Part shown: positions 8,788 through 16,296 of the stretch, one piece after another | Position numbering within the stretch: position 1 is the stretch's first letter | How the letters are laid out: the number at the start of each line of letters is the position of its first letter | Origin: a virus | Virus record (IMG/VR): IMGVR_UViG_3300022552_000002 | Span: 32,001 to 96,000 of that record | Reading direction: 5' to 3' (one strand) | DNA length: 64,000 nt | The notes under the pieces: model-generated | What the model was told of the DNA's origin: nothing | Databases searched by the model: none | Seen by the model: the letters and a program-made list of their open reading frames with translations, nothing else | Position numbers and translations under genes: made by a program

Positions 8788-9327
8788 ATGTTTGCTACAG
8801 AATATTTTGAAGACGAAACATGTGATGGTGAGGGATGTAATGACGAAGAATGCATTTCAACAAAAATTCATTTTGTAGGATTACTTGTAGAATATGATCA
8901 TATTCTACCAACTGTTGAAATTAATCATAAGGGTGATATTTATTATAAATTAGCCAATGATGGAGGAGGTTTTAGCGAAGAAGAGAGTATAAGGACAGAT
9001 ATCGATGCTGCTCTTCTACGTCTTGAAAGAGAGTGCGCGGCAATAAAATCTTTCCACGGACAAATCAGAACAAAAGAACAAAGAAAAATCGTTGAGATTC
9101 TTGGTTTGAGGCACACTGGAAAGAAAATTGTGATTGAAAATAATAATGAATGCTACGGTTTACTATACAGTAAGAATGCTGAAGTTTGTAATCTTCATTG
9201 TGGATTAATGAAACAATGTATTCATAGTACAAAAATACTTCGAAAAAGAATAGAGAATGTTTTTCCAACTATGAGCAGAACAATCTTTAAGTTGATGAAG
9301 GAGATTATGGATAGCGATGAACGTTAA
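8788..9327 (+). CDS. hypothetical protein with Cys4 motif
   Basis: AGGAG SD; ECYG-x9-C-x3-C-x5-C. Confidence 0.7.
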   Translation: MFATEYFEDETCDGEGCNDEECISTKIHFVGLLVEYDHILPTVEINHKGDIYYKLANDGGGFSEEESIRTDIDAALLRLERECAAIKSFHGQIRTKEQRKIVEILGLRHTGKKIVIENNNECYGLLYSKNAEVCNLHCGLMKQCIHSTKILRKRIENVFPTMSRTIFKLMKEIMDSDER

Positions 9328-9859
9328 ATTACCAATTAATCCATTAAACGAGGGAGAAGAGAAATTCTACACTGGTGTAGGATCTCGAGCTATAGATTTC
9401 GATATTGATTTTCTCATGAAGAGATGTGGATATGTATTAGCAAACCTTGGTTATATCCTTCGTTCTGGTGGAGCAGAAGGTTCTGATAAAGCTTTTGAAG
9501 ACGGGTGTGACCAAATTGATGATAGTTTGAAAAGAATCTGGAGACCAAAACACGCAACACCAGAAGCGATTGAGATAGCAAAGCAGTATCATGGAAGATG
9601 GGATTTAGTAACTGAACATGCTGCGAAGCTTCATGGCAGAAACATTTTCCAAGTATTAGGAAGAAGTCTTGAGGTTCCAAGCGAGTTTGTATTGTGCTAC
9701 ACCCATGACGGTTGTACCAATCACAAAGATCGAACAGCTAAAACTGGTGGCACAGGAACAGCAATCAGTGTCGCAAGTGAACGAGGAATCCCAATATTCA
9801 ATCTCAAATTAGCCAGACATAGAAAAATAGTAGAAGAGTGGTTGAGGAGGTTTAGATAA
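9317..9859 (+). CDS. DprA/Smf-like (SLOG superfamily) protein
   Basis: YTGVGSR, LRSGGAEGSDKAFE and GGTGTAI..A...IPIFNL motifs. Confidence 0.85.
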   Translation: MNVKLPINPLNEGEEKFYTGVGSRAIDFDIDFLMKRCGYVLANLGYILRSGGAEGSDKAFEDGCDQIDDSLKRIWRPKHATPEAIEIAKQYHGRWDLVTEHAAKLHGRNIFQVLGRSLEVPSEFVLCYTHDGCTNHKDRTAKTGGTGTAISVASERGIPIFNLKLARHRKIVEEWLRRFR

Positions 9860-10080
9860 TGTGGGTTTTATATGGGGTTTGTGCTTTCTCAGGTCATCCA
9901 GATGAAATTTCATCTTATGCTAAGTTCTCTTCTGAAGAATTAGCTAGAGAATATATCAAAAAATCATCTTTAAAGAAACCAACTAGATATACTGCTTTTA
10001 AAGCAAAAAGTCTTTTAGGTGGTTGTTGTGAAGCATATGTTGAATATGAAGACGAATTAGATATTGATCCTGTTTTTTGA
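9859..10080 (+). CDS. hypothetical protein
   Basis: TAATG coupling; GGAGG SD. Confidence 0.6.
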   Translation: MWVLYGVCAFSGHPDEISSYAKFSSEELAREYIKKSSLKKPTRYTAFKAKSLLGGCCEAYVEYEDELDIDPVF

Positions 10081-10113
10081 AGAAAGGAAAAAATTTTTAA
10101 GACTAAAAGTTAT

Positions 10114-10189
10114 GGGGGTATAGCTCAGCTGGTAGAGCACCGTCCCTTTAAGTCGGTGGTCCAGGGTTCAAACCCCTGTGCCCTCACCA
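10114..10189 (+). tRNA. tRNA-Lys (anticodon UUU), atypical anticodon arm
   Basis: Cloverleaf: GGGGGTA/TGCCCTC acceptor, GCTC/GAGC D-stem, CCGTC-CCTTTAA-GTCGG anticodon arm, CAGGG-TTCAAAC-CCCTG T-arm, ACCA 3' end. Confidence 0.9.
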
Positions 10190-10278
10190 AAACTGGTCTT
10201 GAAAAAATAATGGCTCATTGTAAATGGAAGTACATTTGTTCTCATGGAATAAACCATCATCAACCATGTGAGGAAAAG

Positions 10279-10563
10279 ATGTCTAAAACAGAACAGACAG
10301 CAATTCGTATTTCTGAAGAATTGATAGCACGTATTGATCGTTATATAGAAAATAAACAAAAGGAAATACCATATAAAAAACTAACTCGTTCCGATGCAAT
10401 TCGGATGTTGTTACATCAAGAATTGGAATTAAAAGAAAAAGATTATGTTTTGGAGTTAATTTCATCAAATGAAGAAGCGCTATCAGAACAACTAAATAAA
10501 AAAGCAGAAGAATTGGCAACTGAAAGTCCCAACGAACCCGTGATCGTGCCACCGAATAAATAA
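10279..10563 (+). CDS. ribbon-helix-helix (CopG-like) DNA-binding protein
   Basis: TAIRISEELIARIDRY...TRSDAIRMLL. Confidence 0.75.
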   Translation: MSKTEQTAIRISEELIARIDRYIENKQKEIPYKKLTRSDAIRMLLHQELELKEKDYVLELISSNEEALSEQLNKKAEELATESPNEPVIVPPNK

Positions 10564-10778
10564 TGAGTTTTTGTTACGGATGGCGTTGGATTGAGCCATT
10601 TTGTCCTAAACATTGTAGAGATTCAGAGAAGTGTAGAAAACTTACTGAAAAATTGAAGAATCAAAACAAAATGATACAATCGGCTAAACCTGAAAGGGGT
10701 GAAGCCGATGAACAACCAACTAGACAATGCAATTGCCGACAGAGTGATGATTGTCATTGCAGGGATGTTCGGAGCTGA
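10563..10778 (+). CDS. small Cys-rich protein
   Basis: FCYG-x7-C-x3-C-x5-C; TAATG coupling. Confidence 0.5.
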   Translation: MSFCYGWRWIEPFCPKHCRDSEKCRKLTEKLKNQNKMIQSAKPERGEADEQPTRQCNCRQSDDCHCRDVRS

Positions 10779-11028
10779 TCCTTCGATAGCTCAATCTCTG
10801 TTTGATTTTAGAGTCAATGTAGGCGACAACGATACATTCACCTCTGTAGTACCAACACATGAAATATTTGAAGTAAATGGCGAACCTTGTCGTTTCATTG
10901 GCTTGTTTCACATATTGAATGCAATGATGTCTCCTGTTCAAACTGAAAAACATAATGGATGTAGTCGCCTTTCTCTTATCCGTGACGAAAAAGGCATGAG
11001 GATAGTTAAAACAGAAGAGCTGGAGTAA
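10708..11028 (+). CDS. hypothetical protein
   Basis: GGGGTG SD-like sequence before ATG 10708. Confidence 0.6.
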   Translation: MNNQLDNAIADRVMIVIAGMFGADPSIAQSLFDFRVNVGDNDTFTSVVPTHEIFEVNGEPCRFIGLFHILNAMMSPVQTEKHNGCSRLSLIRDEKGMRIVKTEELE

Positions 11029-11030
11029 AC

Positions 11031-11261
11031 ATGGCATCTTCAAAAAGCACAGGTAGTGCTGTTGACCATCCTTCTCATTATAACCAAGGTAAAATTGAAG
11101 TTATCGATTTTATTGAAGACCAGAATCTCGGTTTTCATGAAGGTAGTGCGGTAAAGTATATATGTAGGCATCTATTTAAAGGAAAGCCAGTTGAAGATTT
11201 AGAAAAAGCCATTTGGTATCTTCAGCGTCTTATCTCTCTGCATAAGGGAGGTGCGCGATGA
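11031..11261 (+). CDS. DUF3310 (SaV-like / T7 gp1.7-like) protein
   Basis: VDHPSHYNQGKIEVIDFI...KYICR...EDLEKAIWYL signature. Confidence 0.9.
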   Translation: MASSKSTGSAVDHPSHYNQGKIEVIDFIEDQNLGFHEGSAVKYICRHLFKGKPVEDLEKAIWYLQRLISLHKGGAR

Positions 11262-11890
11262 AGGTTGACGAACTCGACTACACAGTTTTAACACCGGACG
11301 TTGATTTCGAACGTATGTTAACGTGTATCGAACGTGCTGGTAGAAATTGCTACAAATCAGAGGATAAGATCACTGATGAGAGCGCTAAGGCTTTCGTGGC
11401 TATGCTTATCAAGCGTGGTCATGAAGCAATGTTGGAACACGCACCTAACATTGGTACTTTATTTCATGTGCCACGAGGATTAACTCATGAATTCGTTAGA
11501 CATCGTTTAGCTAGTTTCGGTCAAGAGAGCACTAGGTACTGCAACTACTCCAAGGGAAAGTTCGGTACTGAATTGACGTTGATTCCAATGATGGATGGTC
11601 TGACCTCGGTCCAGATAGAGCGTCGTAAGGACTTGTGGGAGGCCATTGAGCGTGTGTACCTGGCCGAGATTGACGAAGGCATCAAACCTCAACAAGCTCG
11701 TGACAACCTGCCTATTTGTCTAAAGTCGGACATCGTCATTACCACTAACGTCCGACATTGGCGCGAGATCTTTCGACAGCGGACGACGAAGTTTGCACAT
11801 CCACAGATGCAGACAGTTATGAAGAAGTTATTGGCCGACTTCCGTAGCCGTGTGTCTGTGTTATTCGATGATGTTGGAACAGTTGATTAA
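11258..11890 (+). CDS. thyX: FAD-dependent thymidylate synthase
   Basis: RGHEAMLEH, HEFVRHRLASFGQESTRY (RHRx7S motif) and QARDNLP. Confidence 0.95.
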   Translation: MKVDELDYTVLTPDVDFERMLTCIERAGRNCYKSEDKITDESAKAFVAMLIKRGHEAMLEHAPNIGTLFHVPRGLTHEFVRHRLASFGQESTRYCNYSKGKFGTELTLIPMMDGLTSVQIERRKDLWEAIERVYLAEIDEGIKPQQARDNLPICLKSDIVITTNVRHWREIFRQRTTKFAHPQMQTVMKKLLADFRSRVSVLFDDVGTVD

Positions 11891-11891
11891 G

Positions 11892-11964
11892 GGGCTGGTA
11901 GCTAAGCGGTAAAGCACGACGCTCATAACGTCGCGACGCGGGGGTTCGAATCCCTCTCAGCCCA
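11892..11964 (+). tRNA. tRNA with CAU anticodon (elongator Met or lysidine-type Ile2); CCA not encoded
   Basis: GGGCTGG/TCAGCCC acceptor, CGACG-CTCATAA-CGTCG anticodon arm, GGGGG-TTCGAAT-CCCTC T-arm, followed by A-TCA. Confidence 0.85.
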
Positions 11965-11990
11965 TCACACAACGATAAAAGGAGGATAAG

Positions 11991-12383
11991 ATGGCACCCA
12001 AGAAGAAGACAATGACAGCAAGCGAACGAATGAAGAAGTATTGGAAGGATCGAAGGAGCGGAAAGATCAAGGCTCCGAAGAAAAAGAAGGCAACAGCCAA
12101 AAAGCCGATGACCAAGATGGAGATAGCTCGCCACATGGCCGATCTCCACGAGATGAAGCCTGGGGAGGCTCGAGACTTCATCGCTGATTTCGTGGAACTC
12201 GCTGTGAAGCAGGTGAAGAAGAATGGCTCCTTCACCATCCCAGGGCTCGTGAAGCTCGTGAAAAGGCGCACCAAGGCTCGTGATGGTCGCAATCCAGCCA
12301 CAGGTGAGAAGATCCGTATCAAGGCTAAGACCGTGGCCAAGGCTCGTGTCCTAAAGAAGTTCAAGGATGAAGTGCTTGGATGA
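11991..12383 (+). CDS. hup: HU-family histone-like DNA-binding protein with Lys-rich N-terminal extension
   Basis: MTKMEIA...FTIPGLVKL..KARDGRNPATGEKIRIKAK motif. Confidence 0.9.
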   Translation: MAPKKKTMTASERMKKYWKDRRSGKIKAPKKKKATAKKPMTKMEIARHMADLHEMKPGEARDFIADFVELAVKQVKKNGSFTIPGLVKLVKRRTKARDGRNPATGEKIRIKAKTVAKARVLKKFKDEVLG

Positions 12384-12883
12384 TATGGTTCTCTCTCTTT
12401 GTGTTTTCTGTCCTATGCTATGTTATATGGGCAGCAATTCATGAATTGTCACATGTCTATATGGCTCACAAGCTTATAGGCATTACATATTGGGAAATTA
12501 ATCTTATTCCAAAATTACCACAAGAAGCTAATTCTTTTCGAATACAGTTTGCATCCTGTTTCTACACACCGGGAAAGCTCCCAACCAAAAAACAACAAGC
12601 GGCAATTAGCATAGCACCGAGGATTCCTGATATTCTCGGTGCTATAGCTTTGCCATTTACTTGTTATACTTCAGAACCATTCTCTTATTTTCTTATGATA
12701 TTTTTTGGTTCCGCTCTTATAGATTTGTTTGTTGGTTCACTTGGAATGTCTAAGAAATCTGATTTGCGAAAAGCATCTAATAAACTTGGATTATCTCCAT
12801 GGTGGTTAAGAATTTTTGGATTCTTAACCATACTATGCTCTATAGGTCATCTGCTTAAAAATACAGGATGGATCATCAAATGA
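12380..12883 (+). CDS. membrane-embedded zinc metallopeptidase-like protein (M50/zincin)
   Basis: IHELSH within a hydrophobic helix, ISIAP, SD motif and several TM segments. Confidence 0.55.
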   Translation: MIWFSLFVFSVLCYVIWAAIHELSHVYMAHKLIGITYWEINLIPKLPQEANSFRIQFASCFYTPGKLPTKKQQAAISIAPRIPDILGAIALPFTCYTSEPFSYFLMIFFGSALIDLFVGSLGMSKKSDLRKASNKLGLSPWWLRIFGFLTILCSIGHLLKNTGWIIK

Positions 12884-13551
12884 GAGAATGCCCTATCATC
12901 TGGTTGGAAAGTATCATTGGTGGTGGCAAAACAACATTGTTAGAATACTTGAGAACAATGTTGAACATCAGAGCTTTTGATGAACCATTTGAACAAAATC
13001 CTTATTTTGATGATTCGTATGAGAAGCCAGAACACTTTGCTGCATTAGCTCAATTGTGGTTCGCTTTAAAGAGAGGAGAGATACATGAGCTTGCTACAGC
13101 TGAAGCCTTATTTGGAACTCAATTCGATGCTGTAGTAATCGATAGAGGTTTGCCTGGTGATGAGGTTTTTGAAGCTGTACATCACAAGAGAGGAAACATT
13201 CAAGAAAGAGAACACGAACTATACAAATTGTTTTATAACAATATTTTTAATAGACCGAAAGCATCTGCATTACTTATTTATTTAGATGTATATCCAGAAG
13301 AAGCAATGCAACGCATTAAAAATAGAGGTAGAGAAGCAGAGAAGGCAATTGATTTAGATTATTTGGTTGAAGTGAGAAACGAACATTATGATTTAATGGT
13401 TCGCATTGAGAATGGAAAACATGCGTGGTCTGGTAAAACTAAAATAGTCAGAATTCCCTGGAACAGTCGTAATCAAAATCCAGAGATAGTTGTCGCAGCT
13501 ATACTCAAAGAGTATCCTCATATAAGAAGAAGAGATGCCACACAATCCTGA
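12880..13551 (+). CDS. deoxynucleoside kinase
   Basis: P-loop ESIIGGGKTT, EP, IDR and LIYL...RIKNRGR.AE motifs. Confidence 0.9.
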   Translation: MRECPIIWLESIIGGGKTTLLEYLRTMLNIRAFDEPFEQNPYFDDSYEKPEHFAALAQLWFALKRGEIHELATAEALFGTQFDAVVIDRGLPGDEVFEAVHHKRGNIQEREHELYKLFYNNIFNRPKASALLIYLDVYPEEAMQRIKNRGREAEKAIDLDYLVEVRNEHYDLMVRIENGKHAWSGKTKIVRIPWNSRNQNPEIVVAAILKEYPHIRRRDATQS

Positions 13552-13768
13552 AAAATATATGGCCAATAGATATAGACGCGGTACACCTGAATATCTGTGG
13601 CGCAAATGGTATCAAAAGTTTTGGAAGGCATATCCAAGATACGCACAAGATCCAAGAGGAGAGCCGCCATCATTCATGCGGGATGAATTTATTAGAGATG
13701 TGATGGCTATGGTAGAACGAGAGCTAGCGAAGATAGCTCCAGAGAAGACAATTCTCAAAGACGAATAA
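13535..13768 (+). CDS. hypothetical protein
   Basis: Tiled small ORF. Confidence 0.55.
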   Translation: MPHNPEKYMANRYRRGTPEYLWRKWYQKFWKAYPRYAQDPRGEPPSFMRDEFIRDVMAMVERELAKIAPEKTILKDE

Positions 13769-13805
13769 GTATAAACAAGAAAGACAACGATATGCGGAGA
13801 AGAAG

Positions 13806-14042
13806 ATGTCTGAAGAAACTAAAAGAGAAGAGCATTTGATCAGTGAACTACATGTTAGAAATTATATGTTACTTGAATTTCGAAAACTAAATCTGCATTT
13901 AAAAAGAATTGAACATCATCTTGAGAGGATTGCTATTCCTCCTGCTACACTTGATTATCAAGATCCTGATGCTGTGAAGAAAGCAACTAAGACTATTTCT
14001 GGTACTAGAAAAGTATCATCTGGTCAGGTAGATCAAGGTTAG
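13806..14042 (+). CDS. hypothetical protein
   Basis: GGAG SD; last + strand gene, its stop overlapping the convergent gene's stop. Confidence 0.6.
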   Translation: MSEETKREEHLISELHVRNYMLLEFRKLNLHLKRIEHHLERIAIPPATLDYQDPDAVKKATKTISGTRKVSSGQVDQG

Positions 14043-14533
14043 TCTGTTCTCGGATATCTCTTCACGCCAAATTCATCGACTACGCAGACTTGTTTTCCTA
14101 GTGCCAAATATCTATCAATGGTAGAAAGCCATTGATATCCATTACTATCTTTTCTAGCGAAAATGAGTAGCGAACGTGTTTTCTCTGCCATTGAATCAAA
14201 TTTTGTAAACTTTATTTCTTTCTCAGTGTATTTCTCCATTATTTTTCGATACGGTGTGGTTCCGATCTCAGTAGTTACTCTGAATTTCCAGTTGGTAGCT
14301 TTCAATTGTTTCATGATTGATTTGAATATTTTTTGACCTTTATTTTCAGCTTCTAATCCATCTTTCAAAAGAAGTGGTATTTGGTCTCCTGGTTTTACAG
14401 AATTAGGTTGACCACGATAATCAGAATCAATAATTATCATCATAGTGCGATTTGCTTCAGCACCACGCAGAAAGATATCGTTGACGGAAGATTGTGGACT
14501 AGGTCGCATAAAACGAATTTGTTTCTTCTTCAT
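14039..14533 (-). CDS. hypothetical protein (weak SLOG/YspA-like alpha/beta pattern)
   Basis: ATGA-coupled to the M15 peptidase gene; C-terminal LLIF...STI..YLALGKQVCVV. Confidence 0.6.
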   Translation of the reverse strand: MKKKQIRFMRPSPQSSVNDIFLRGAEANRTMMIIIDSDYRGQPNSVKPGDQIPLLLKDGLEAENKGQKIFKSIMKQLKATNWKFRVTTEIGTTPYRKIMEKYTEKEIKFTKFDSMAEKTRSLLIFARKDSNGYQWLSTIDRYLALGKQVCVVDEFGVKRYPRTD

Positions 14534-15027
14534 TGTGTGACAAGCCCCTTACGATATCTTTTTTCACCAGAGAGCTTGGAGAGAACTTGTTCTCTTAGAC
14601 CACTAAGTTTTATGCTTACATGTACCCAACCACTATTAGGGCGTCCAGCTGTGTGGTATTCAAGAATCAATTGATCAAAGAAGATGTTGTTATCAATCCA
14701 TTGAGCAAGTTTAAGATTTGAGACACCGTAGATTTCGATATCACCTGCTTCACCTTTTCGATGTTGACTTCTTCTGCTACTGCCAGGTGTTGCATTATTT
14801 AGTTTAGGACCACGATATCCACTGTTGACGTGAACCGGTTTTTTGAAGTGGTCTCTAATTGGTTGAAGTACATTTTGGCAGAGTAGAGTGAGAGCTTCGA
14901 TGACTTTGAAGCTTGTTGGTGTATTGTCGATACCAAGTCTTTGAGCAATAGAAGATCTTATCATTTCTCTGAGAGTAAAGTTTTTACTGAGTCTCATATC
15001 AAGATCGACCACGAATTTCTTTGCCAT
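14530..15027 (-). CDS. peptidase M15A (D-Ala-D-Ala carboxypeptidase fold), probable endolysin
   Basis: LSKNFTLREM, VNSGYR, SQHRKGEAGDI and FDQLILEY..WVHVS motifs. Confidence 0.9.
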   Translation of the reverse strand: MAKKFVVDLDMRLSKNFTLREMIRSSIAQRLGIDNTPTSFKVIEALTLLCQNVLQPIRDHFKKPVHVNSGYRGPKLNNATPGSSRRSQHRKGEAGDIEIYGVSNLKLAQWIDNNIFFDQLILEYHTAGRPNSGWVHVSIKLSGLREQVLSKLSGEKRYRKGLVTQ

Positions 15028-15030
15028 CTT

Positions 15031-15252
15031 TTACTCCTGTTCTAGAATAAGAAAACGATAGATTGTTTGGCATCCACCGCAAATCATTCTAGCTTCTGCA
15101 AACAGAGGTTCATTCTCTGCTTTGTGAAGGTTAGTCATACTGAGTGTGCGACCACATTTGCATGTACCTATAGCAGAGAATTCACTTCGATCTTGAATGA
15201 GCCGAAGTGGTATAATTTTTTCTTCATCTGATTTTGGTTTGCTTTTCATCAT
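15031..15252 (-). CDS. small zinc-ribbon protein
   Basis: CKCG...CGGC. Confidence 0.6.
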   Translation of the reverse strand: MMKSKPKSDEEKIIPLRLIQDRSEFSAIGTCKCGRTLSMTNLHKAENEPLFAEARMICGGCQTIYRFLILEQE

Positions 15253-16169
15253 TCTCCTAATTCACATAACGTAGTCATATTGTTTTTATGTTCATAGATA
15301 CTTCTAAATTCTAACGCCATCAAAAGATCGAGCAACTTTTTAGGTTTTTGTCTTGGTGTTTCTAGAGGTATTAATTCTAAGTCTAATTTCAGTGTAATAA
15401 TACCAAGAAACATTCTTGCTATTTCCATACCTTCTTCTAGTTTCTTTTTTACGTTTTCAGTTAGAGCCATTGTATGGATTTCACTTTCAATTTCTTTCAG
15501 TGTTGGAGAATCAACTTGACTGAAGATGTCTGCTGCTGTTTGCGGACCAATGCCTTTGATGCCTGGAATATGGTCTGTAGAATCTCCCACAATTGCCAAG
15601 AAGTGAGGGTAAAATTTTGGGTGGAAGCCAAAACGCACTTTCTTGTATTCGTATTCTCTGATGAATTTTTTCTTGGTCCACCATCTGCTCTCTCCAGATC
15701 TTCGTTGGAGCACTCTCACCTTTTTCATGCGGAGCATTTGCAGGAAGTCATGATCGTTGGAGTAGATGACGAACTGCTCCCATTCATTCTTGTGTTGCGC
15801 AATGTAGCTCGAGATCAAATCGTCCGCTTCTTCACCCTTCACTCGGTATTGTTCTATTCCAATTAGCTTCATTAACTTTCTACATGTTTTTAAGGAATTT
15901 TTTATGTCTTTATACTTCATCTTTGTATTGAGTTTTCTATTGGCTTTGTAATCTGGAAATATTTTCTTTTTTCTATCAGAACCACCATCCCAAAAAACTA
16001 CAATTTTATCAAAAGTTTTTTCTTCGGTAATACTTATAAGTCCTTTCAAGAACCCAAAAGCCATTCCAGTGAAGACCACTTTTCCATTGAGCTTGGTGGT
16101 CAGAGTCTCATGAGAAAAGAGACTCCTGAATGCTAGAGCATTCCCATCAACAAGTACAACTCTATGCAT
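15249..16169 (-). CDS. 5'-3' exonuclease / flap endonuclease (PolA N-terminal, T4 RNase H-like)
   Basis: LVDGNALAFR, YKANR, EADDLI, SNDHDFLQ and GDSTDHIPGIKGIG (H3TH) motifs. Confidence 0.95.
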   Translation of the reverse strand: MHRVVLVDGNALAFRSLFSHETLTTKLNGKVVFTGMAFGFLKGLISITEEKTFDKIVVFWDGGSDRKKKIFPDYKANRKLNTKMKYKDIKNSLKTCRKLMKLIGIEQYRVKGEEADDLISSYIAQHKNEWEQFVIYSNDHDFLQMLRMKKVRVLQRRSGESRWWTKKKFIREYEYKKVRFGFHPKFYPHFLAIVGDSTDHIPGIKGIGPQTAADIFSQVDSPTLKEIESEIHTMALTENVKKKLEEGMEIARMFLGIITLKLDLELIPLETPRQKPKKLLDLLMALEFRSIYEHKNNMTTLCELGE

Positions 16170-16228
16170 AATCTTTGCCTCTTTTTGACTTCAGGAACGT
16201 TTTTGTATAGTATGTTGTTTCACTACAT

Positions 16229-16240
16229 ATATACTACAAA
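16229..16240 (-). promoter_or_regulatory. repeated intergenic motif TTTGTAGTATAT (copy 3, minus strand)
   Basis: Reverse complement ATATACTACAAA lies 60 bp upstream of the minus-strand operon. Confidence 0.55.
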
Positions 16241-16246
16241 CCTACC

Positions 16247-16275
16247 TTGCGATGAGTTCTTTTTTCATATAGAAT
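16247..16275 (+). promoter_or_regulatory. putative sigma70-type promoter TTGCGA-N17-TAGAAT for the morphogenesis operon
   Basis: Near-consensus hexamers with a 17-bp spacer, upstream of an AGGAG SD and ATG 16297. Confidence 0.6.
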
Positions 16276-16296
16276 TTATTCATAGGAGTATTCCAA

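Noticed and set aside
10141-10157. Reading the first tRNA as an ochre (UUA anticodon) suppressor
   Set aside because: Shifting the loop by one base to obtain U33-UUA destroys the anticodon stem. The CCGTC/GTCGG register gives UUU.
10156-10278. N-terminal extension of the RHH ORF as given in the ORF track
   Set aside because: It overlaps the tRNA-Lys gene. ATG 10279, preceded by GAGG, is the more plausible start.
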